This document shows, in pieces, positions 59,001 through 64,000 of a DNA stretch of 64,000 nucleotides. The stretch comes from an uncultured virus (IMG/VR IMGVR_UViG_3300032030_002667) (lineage: Duplodnaviria; Heunggongvirae; Uroviricota; Caudoviricetes). A model generated the notes under the pieces. It was not told where the DNA came from, made no database searches, and was given only the letters and a program-made list of their open reading frames with translations. Both the position numbers and the translations under genes were made by a program. The stretch's first letter is position 1. Every line of letters begins with the position of its first letter. Location: IMG/VR virus record IMGVR_UViG_3300032030_002667. The stretch is one strand, 5' to 3'.

Positions 59001-60165
59001 ATATGAGGAGGCTGAGAAGCGGCATCAGGATGCGCTGGCCAAGATGAAGGAGAAGTACTTCGGGGACAATCCTGCGGAGCGTCGCGCGAAGTATGATGCT
59101 GACCTGCTTCTCCTGCGGGAGGTCTATCACAAGGAGGTGCTGGCTGCTGGGGACAATGCCAAGGAGAAGCTGCGCATCGAAAAGGCGTTCCAGAAGGCTC
59201 GTATTGCGCTCATGGAACATTACAACATCGAGGGGGCAGAGCAGAACAAGAACTTCCTCCAAGATTGGAATGATGATATGATGTCCTTCCTGCAGTCGGA
59301 CTTCGGGCAGGCTGTATCGGGTACGCTCGATACGCTTGTATCGGGCATGAGCAGCATCTTCCAGCAACTGACTACCATCGTGCAGGCTGAACTGCAGATA
59401 CAAACTGCCGGCATCGAGAAGAAGTATGACCGGGAGATTTCGCTTGCCGAAGGGAATAACTACAAGGTCAAGAAGCTGGAGAAGCAGAAAGAGAAGGAAA
59501 TTGCCAAAGCCAAGAACGAGGCTAACAAAAAAATGTTTGCCATGCAGGTCATTCAGGCTGTGGCTCAGACGGCCACGAATGCCATCAATGCCTATGGCTC
59601 GGCTGCGGCAATTCCTGTAGTGGGCTTTGTGATGGCGCCTATAGCGGCTGCTATGGCAATAGCTGCTGGTATGATACAGATTGCTGCCATCAAGAAGCAA
59701 CAGCAGGCTTCGGAAGCTCAGGGCTACATGGCCGGAGGCTTCACAAAAGAAGGCAGGAAAGACGAAGTGGCTGGCATTGTCCACGCTGGGGAATGGGTTG
59801 CTTCGCAGGAACTGGTGAAGAGTCCTGTGGCAAGGCCATTACTCGAAGCTTTGGACTATGCGCAGAAGACAAATACTGTCGGAAGGCTTAATGCTAATGA
59901 TGTGTCGCGTACGATTACGGCTCCGCATGTATTGGCAGATTCTGCTGTACGCTCTCAGAACGTGCCGCAGCAGGTGATTGTGCAGAATGCGCCTGCCAAT
60001 ACCGAGGACAATGGATTGGCTGAGACGATACGCCTTCTTCGGGACAGACTGGATGAGCCGTTCCTGACTGTCAACTCCGTAACAGGAGAGACAGGCATGA
60101 AGCAGGCACAGGATGAATATGACAAACTGATTCGTAACAAAACTCCTAAATCTCGTCGCGCATGA
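56095..60165 (+). CDS. Tail tape measure protein
   Basis: 1356 aa, coiled-coil/Ala-rich, TP901-type core (ANTRKYTG...EAGRLG), TM-like segments, GYMAGGFT...AGIVHAGEWV. Confidence 0.9.
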   Translation: MSDLTSKATVELLINGQQAQQTLAQLRHNALQLETAIAKAAATGNKSDLKRLRKELADTKRQIREMESATQQVEQTLRNLDKATPRELNKTLQTLTRQLEYIERGSDAWKAHVEKIKLVKAELRQMNAQLRDGEGFFDRMNRKLNEWQTSLMAGIAALSGLVLAGRNAVKAFAEMEEELANTRKYTGMTEEKVLELNEAFKKMDTRTSREQLNELAQEAGRLGKNTLEDVKGYVEAADIINVALVDLGDGATQTIAKLTDIFGVSELMGTRDAMLAVGSTVNVLSQNCTASKPYLVQFAQRMAGVGAQADLTIPQLLAFGATLDANGQKVEMSASALGKLTMNLFQKPREIAKQVGLDVELFTETLKKSTYEGLMMFLQRIHDLGSADGLAVLAPMFKDLGLDGVRMSQVLSTLAEHLDMVKWETQEANKAFKEATSATNEYQIFNNTVQADLDKARKRIKELAIELGEKLLPVMRHVYTSTSLTLRFLSTTVSFISEHRVALISLTAAIVAYNVAVNLSTIRLKAHNAWVAITTAASKAYAVVVTHLKTAHLALQVAMARLSGNWARENLLMGELKKNGAALTNVYALLAAAVIAAGVAIVASLNRQSKAQKLLADIEKEARSNTAEDVKRIEILKTVIEDETASIHSRRKAIEELQSIIPDYHASLSEEGKLIGHNAEVLSIYVEQLKNKAKIDAALAKLPEAEEKLRKVEKEAPDNLKDALVYEKAEGMSEDEAAGKANASPTAYRVFKKRLEEADAEVRQLNGIIDSLSAKNQELSDKAHNMTAGNGTSGGDGSGSGGGGESDDGGKSAKDKFAAEAEWKQREEALNRISYAKGEKNFLDYTKRMQEIEVEFNKQKLEHTDLTENERLSIEAAYYEALKKQSEQAVKTTVEEEEALYNEVMAVQKQRYIDGNISYTVYEETIEQLEIRHLNTMVSLYEKGSKEQLQAQRSLQDKLLANQRKHQKEYEEAEKRHQDALAKMKEKYFGDNPAERRAKYDADLLLLREVYHKEVLAAGDNAKEKLRIEKAFQKARIALMEHYNIEGAEQNKNFLQDWNDDMMSFLQSDFGQAVSGTLDTLVSGMSSIFQQLTTIVQAELQIQTAGIEKKYDREISLAEGNNYKVKKLEKQKEKEIAKAKNEANKKMFAMQVIQAVAQTATNAINAYGSAAAIPVVGFVMAPIAAAMAIAAGMIQIAAIKKQQQASEAQGYMAGGFTKEGRKDEVAGIVHAGEWVASQELVKSPVARPLLEALDYAQKTNTVGRLNANDVSRTITAPHVLADSAVRSQNVPQQVIVQNAPANTEDNGLAETIRLLRDRLDEPFLTVNSVTGETGMKQAQDEYDKLIRNKTPKSRRA

Positions 60166-61937
60166 TTATATTGATTAATAAACAGAGGGCTGTCCTGAAG
60201 AAGGGCACTTCTTTTGATTTCATCTCCGAGAACCACTACTTCACGGGGGCTGACAGTTATACGCTCTCCATTACGTTTCCTATCAAGGGATGTGCTGAGA
60301 ACATCGCTATCTTCGGGCATATCTACCGAAAGGACTTCAACTTCGACACGGAGCTGCTGGACTGTGAGATACATGACCAGGACTTCCACAAGTACGGCTC
60401 TGTGTCCATCGTGTCTGTATCTGACTCTGAGGTGAAGACGCAGTTCCTGGAAGGACGCTCTGCATCTAACTATCACTCTTCCCTTGATGAAATCTATATC
60501 AATGAGCTGACGATGCCGTCTCTGCATGATCAGGCGCATTGGCAGGCTTCACATTACTTGCGGCCCTATGCCGAGCAGATGCGGGATGGCAATTACCTCG
60601 GCTATGTCTGCCCGCCGTGGGTGAACAACACTTCCGGTAACATTCAGAATCCGATGGGGGCGTATGGCTCCATCTATTACTATCAGGGTGGAGATCCTTC
60701 TTATGACCCGCCAATCGTTGGCTTCCCGTTCCTTATTGAGGTGATTAAGCAGGTGCTTTCGCGCTCTGGCTATCACTATGACCTTTCTGCCATCGAGAAC
60801 TCGGGTTTCTCTAACCTTATCATCTGTCAGGCTTTTCCCTATGTGTGGCACATGCCTTACATGAATCAGATCCTGCCGCATTGGACGGTGAGCGAGTTCC
60901 TGGAGCAGCTGGAGCTATTCCTGAACGGCACCTTCGAGATTGACCACAAGGCGCGTGAGGTGTCGTTCTCGTTCAATGCGGGTTCTCTTGCTGGGATGAA
61001 TATAGTGCAGATTGACGAGGTCCTTGACAGTCACTCGGTGGAGATTGCCAAGGAGGAGGATATCAAGGACAGCTATGTGGAGCAGAAGAACATCGCTTAT
61101 CAGGACTGCGAACATCACATGTGGAAATTCTATTCTTGCGATTGGGCTACGTCATGTCTTCCGATGCAGGTTTACGCCAATTATGCTGCTATGAAGAGTC
61201 AGCTCAATAGTCTGCTTGTCTGTGCAGGGCCTCTGAATGCATGGCAGTATCGATACATCCACTATTGCAGGGAGGAAGATACGCACTTCGTGCTGAAGTG
61301 TGACCATACTGAGACTGTTGGGGATGTCATTCATCACTATATGCACATCCAGCCTGTCAATATGTTCAGGCCACGCATCTTCAACGGCAATGACAATGCT
61401 GATGTGGTGGAGCTGGGCATCGTGCCGGCTTGTATTGACTTTACAGACGAAGTAAATGGCAGTATGCTATTTGTTGACTGCGGCACGCTGGGGGATGACG
61501 TGGAGGATGCGGAAGACAGGGATGAGAACCAGACGCAGGCTGTCAATACGCTTGCCATCGGAGAACAGGAGAAGAAGGAGGAGTACTTCGACAAGATTCA
61601 TGTGGGCTTCTGGGATGGTACTTACATCAAGTATCATCCACAAATGCCACACCCGTATGTGGACAGGCATGAAGTGAGGCCTGACAATACTTATACTTAC
61701 AATATGTATTCCATGCGGCTTGCTGGCAAGGAAATGGCTACCACAAGGACTACGCATTTCTTCGTGAATCAGCAGCGGAAGTTCACGTTCTCGTTCCTCG
61801 CTGATACTGTACCCGATGTGCATAGCATCTTCCTCATTCACGGCAAGAAGTACCTGGCTGAGAAGATAGCAGCGACCTTCTCTGCCGAAACAGGAAGGTC
61901 GCGTGTGTTGAAGCTTGTCTGCTATCAGATGTTCTAG
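60162..61937 (+). CDS. Putative tail tip/baseplate protein
   Basis: 591 aa with 4-bp overlap to the tape measure gene. Confidence 0.65.
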   Translation: MIILINKQRAVLKKGTSFDFISENHYFTGADSYTLSITFPIKGCAENIAIFGHIYRKDFNFDTELLDCEIHDQDFHKYGSVSIVSVSDSEVKTQFLEGRSASNYHSSLDEIYINELTMPSLHDQAHWQASHYLRPYAEQMRDGNYLGYVCPPWVNNTSGNIQNPMGAYGSIYYYQGGDPSYDPPIVGFPFLIEVIKQVLSRSGYHYDLSAIENSGFSNLIICQAFPYVWHMPYMNQILPHWTVSEFLEQLELFLNGTFEIDHKAREVSFSFNAGSLAGMNIVQIDEVLDSHSVEIAKEEDIKDSYVEQKNIAYQDCEHHMWKFYSCDWATSCLPMQVYANYAAMKSQLNSLLVCAGPLNAWQYRYIHYCREEDTHFVLKCDHTETVGDVIHHYMHIQPVNMFRPRIFNGNDNADVVELGIVPACIDFTDEVNGSMLFVDCGTLGDDVEDAEDRDENQTQAVNTLAIGEQEKKEEYFDKIHVGFWDGTYIKYHPQMPHPYVDRHEVRPDNTYTYNMYSMRLAGKEMATTRTTHFFVNQQRKFTFSFLADTVPDVHSIFLIHGKKYLAEKIAATFSAETGRSRVLKLVCYQMF

Positions 61938-63064
61938 AGTATGGATGAAGCCAGAACTTCAGAATGTCGTTGAACTGTGGTCTTCAGAATCTTACAATAA
62001 ATTTGAGTCGTTTTTATGTCACTATGGCCTAACATCCGTGAAATGTCCTCTATTGGCACGTCATGGGCTAAGGCCAATGTGGCAAAGCTGTGACGAGCCA
62101 AATGGAAGGTCAGACTCTTCTTGAATCCGCATTGCACCTCAATGACATGAAGATAGTCATTCGCCTTCTGATTCGTTATCTTCGGCAATTTGAAATCGTA
62201 TTTCTTCAAGACATCCATGGCTGGTTTCAAAATGGGTGTATAAAACTCTGTTCCTGTCTTTAAGCGTTCACTGTCTATGTAGTACAGACGTCCAATTTTG
62301 TGTGTCATTTTCTTAAAGTCAAAGCGTTGTACATCTGCATAAGCCATACCAGTATAGGCTGCAAAGATAAATAAGTCACGCACGCGGTCTAACTTGTCTA
62401 TTAACTGTACCTTGCGCATTTTCAGTAATTCCTGTTCTGTTAGCGGAGTCCTTGGCTTGCTATGCCCACGAGAAATCTTGCAATACTCATAAGGGTCATG
62501 TTCTATAATTTCATTGAGCTTCAGAATGCGAGTGTACTTCTTGATGCGCTTGTGATAGTTCCATATAGTTACTTCTGTACGCTCTCCTGTGTCGTGGAGC
62601 CAACGGTCAAAGGCTCGGATATTGGCAGGAGTGAGGTCAGCTATTGTCTTGATCTTACCATAGGACACTAAGGTATCAAGAACAAGTTTTTTGTGACGCA
62701 ATGTGCCTTCCCGCAATTTCTCGCGTTTGATTTCACTACGCATGAATTCAATAAAATCTCGTTCAAGGGGAGTTTCTTTAACTTTTTTACACTTCTCTTC
62801 TTCAATATAGGCATTGAAATTTTCGATAGTCAAATCCTCACCAAGAATCCTCATGGCACGGACAATTTCCTCATAGTGCTCTAGCTGAAGTTCAAGTTCT
62901 CTGCTGTGCTGATAGGTTTTCCAACCTGCTTTTGTAGTTGAGCCGACAACAATGTACTTACGAACATTCCTATCAAGGTAAACCCTAATCTCAACTTTGC
63001 CACGTCCTTTCTTTGCCGCGACACCCTTCCTGTCAAAAATGACTGATACGTTTTTTTGCTGCAT
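61934..63064 (-). CDS. int: Tyrosine integrase (Bacteroidetes type)
   Basis: RDLFIFAAYTGMAYAD, RLKT, TFHLARHSFAT, LGHSDIKTTQIY; adjacent to att/tRNA. Confidence 0.93.
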   Translation of the reverse strand: MQQKNVSVIFDRKGVAAKKGRGKVEIRVYLDRNVRKYIVVGSTTKAGWKTYQHSRELELQLEHYEEIVRAMRILGEDLTIENFNAYIEEEKCKKVKETPLERDFIEFMRSEIKREKLREGTLRHKKLVLDTLVSYGKIKTIADLTPANIRAFDRWLHDTGERTEVTIWNYHKRIKKYTRILKLNEIIEHDPYEYCKISRGHSKPRTPLTEQELLKMRKVQLIDKLDRVRDLFIFAAYTGMAYADVQRFDFKKMTHKIGRLYYIDSERLKTGTEFYTPILKPAMDVLKKYDFKLPKITNQKANDYLHVIEVQCGFKKSLTFHLARHSFATLALAHDVPIEDISRMLGHSDIKTTQIYCKILKTTVQRHSEVLASSIL

Positions 63065-63118
63065 TTTTTGCGTTTTTTAGGCATCCTAAGTTACACATTG
63101 TCAACGGAATAAATGCGT

Positions 63119-63186
63119 TTTGTGTACATTTTGTGTACACAACTTGTGTACATCGCCGATGAATGTACACAAAATGATGTACACAA
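63119..63186. promoter_or_regulatory. Putative integrase arm-type sites, right end
   Basis: Three direct TTGTGTACA copies, then two inverted TGTACACAA copies. Confidence 0.65.
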
Positions 63187-63355
63187 ATGTCGTTTTCTGT
63201 CCTTTTCCGTCTTTCTGTGTCGCTCTTGATGCGAGTTAAACATTTACCTCGTCTAACCCTCACAAATCACTGAAAATGCGATATTTATATATGAATATCA
63301 GGCCTTTATAAACACAAAAAGAGAGCTCTTTTAAGAACTCTCTAATTGCGTTTTC

Positions 63356-63380
63356 TGAGCCTCTTGTCGGATTCGAACCA
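63356..63380. repeat. att core, right copy
   Basis: Identical to 813-837; overlaps the tRNA T-arm and acceptor stem. Confidence 0.95.
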
Positions 63381-63431
63381 ACGACCCCGAGATTACAAAT
63401 CACGTGCTCTGGCCAACTGAGCTAAAGAGGC
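63358..63431 (-). tRNA. tRNA-Thr(TGT)
   Basis: GCCTCTTTAGCTCAGTTGGCCAGAGCACGTGATTTGTAATCTCGGGGTCGTTGGTTCGAATCCGACAAGAGGCT; cloverleaf with TGT anticodon. Confidence 0.95.
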
Positions 63432-63434
63432 GGG

Positions 63435-63532
63435 TGGGAAAGCTTACTATATCGCGCCGCTACGACCTGCTGCCCTTGCTGCGGTCAAGCCCTGGGGGAT
63501 TCACAAGGAGCATGCCGTATAGGACTTTCCCA
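63435..63532 (-). ncRNA. ffs: Small SRP RNA (4.5S)
   Basis: ~98-nt hairpin closed by TGGGAAAG/CTTTCCCA with central CCAGG...AGCAAGGG; promoter at 63547-63554; apical loop atypical. Confidence 0.7.
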
Positions 63533-63676
63533 TGATTTTGCGGGTGCAAAGGTACAACTTATAATTCAAAATTCAAAATTCAAAATTCAAAATTGTTTCT
63601 TTAAAGAGTTTTTTTTGCCCTTTATACATTATTTATATTATAAATTTCGTACCTTTGTCCGCTCATAGAATAATCA

Positions 63677-64000
63677 ATGGACAAGAAGGTTCCCTCTATA
63701 ATGGATGCTGCCGGCTGGATGGCTCTGCCGATTGGACTGATGTGGTCGGCAAGCTTCCTCTGTACAATGTACGGAGCAGAACGTCCCTTACTCTCGATGC
63801 TCAGCACGGCTCTGGGCATCATCAGCATCTACACGCTCTACAAGCAGCTGACAAACTACCGCAAGTTCTATCCTTCGGTCAGTTGGCTCCACGTCCTTCG
63901 GCTCTCGTTCGTAACGTGTCTGCTGGCAGGCTTACTGACCGATGCCGTTCAATACCTCTACTTCCTTTATCTCGACAATGGGCGTTTGCTCTCGTTGCTC
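63677..64000 (+). CDS. Host membrane protein (DUF4199-like), partial
   Basis: Manual translation MDKKVPSIMDAAGWMALPIGLMW...AVQYLYFLYLDNG; open to the window end. Confidence 0.65.
   Translation, partial: MDKKVPSIMDAAGWMALPIGLMWSASFLCTMYGAERPLLSMLSTALGIISIYTLYKQLTNYRKFYPSVSWLHVLRLSFVTCLLAGLLTDAVQYLYFLYLDNGRLLSLL

Larger units (their letters stand above)
813..63380. mobile_element. Integrated prophage-like element (~62.5 kb) in tRNA-Thr
   Basis: 25-bp direct repeats at both ends, integrase next to the tRNA, primase-helicase, terminase, portal, capsid, tape measure and lysis genes inside; host genes outside. Confidence 0.93.

Noticed and set aside
61934..63064. Integrase inactive because the first catalytic Arg appears replaced (TGMAYAD)
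   Set aside because: Substitution at this position is known in active Bacteroidetes integrases; other catalytic residues are intact.
813..63380. Self-transmissible ICE
   Set aside because: No relaxase, coupling protein or tra genes recognised; only mobilisation in trans remains possible.

Overview
The window holds a complete-looking ~62.5 kb integrated element of a Bacteroidales (Prevotella-like) host. It is bounded by a 25-bp direct repeat (813-837 and 63356-63380) that is the 3' end of tRNA-Thr(TGT), has a tyrosine integrase next to the tRNA, and is flanked by host rhamnulokinase on the left and SRP RNA plus a membrane-protein gene on the right. It encodes a primase-helicase and a siphovirus-like virion set (Clp protease, capsid, duplicated tail-tube-like genes, terminase, portal, tape measure, holin, endolysin). 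These genes are scrambled and split into small units, most headed by one element-specific promoter, GTCTTT-N21-TAnnTTTG (8 copies, identical spacing). Three ~200-nt fold-back structures, built like single-stranded-DNA (Frpo-type) promoters, precede ArdC and other leading-region-type genes, which suggests an ssDNA phase although no relaxase or T4SS is visible. Cargo includes a defence island (AbiF plus ncRNA, HEPN, PHP-ATPase), a DUF6734/Stealth cluster with duplicated Ser/Gly/Cys-rich protein + secreted partner pairs, a T9SS protease/LRR module, and an endolysin fused to a spanin-like lipoprotein. All family calls come from motif recognition by eye, not database searches.
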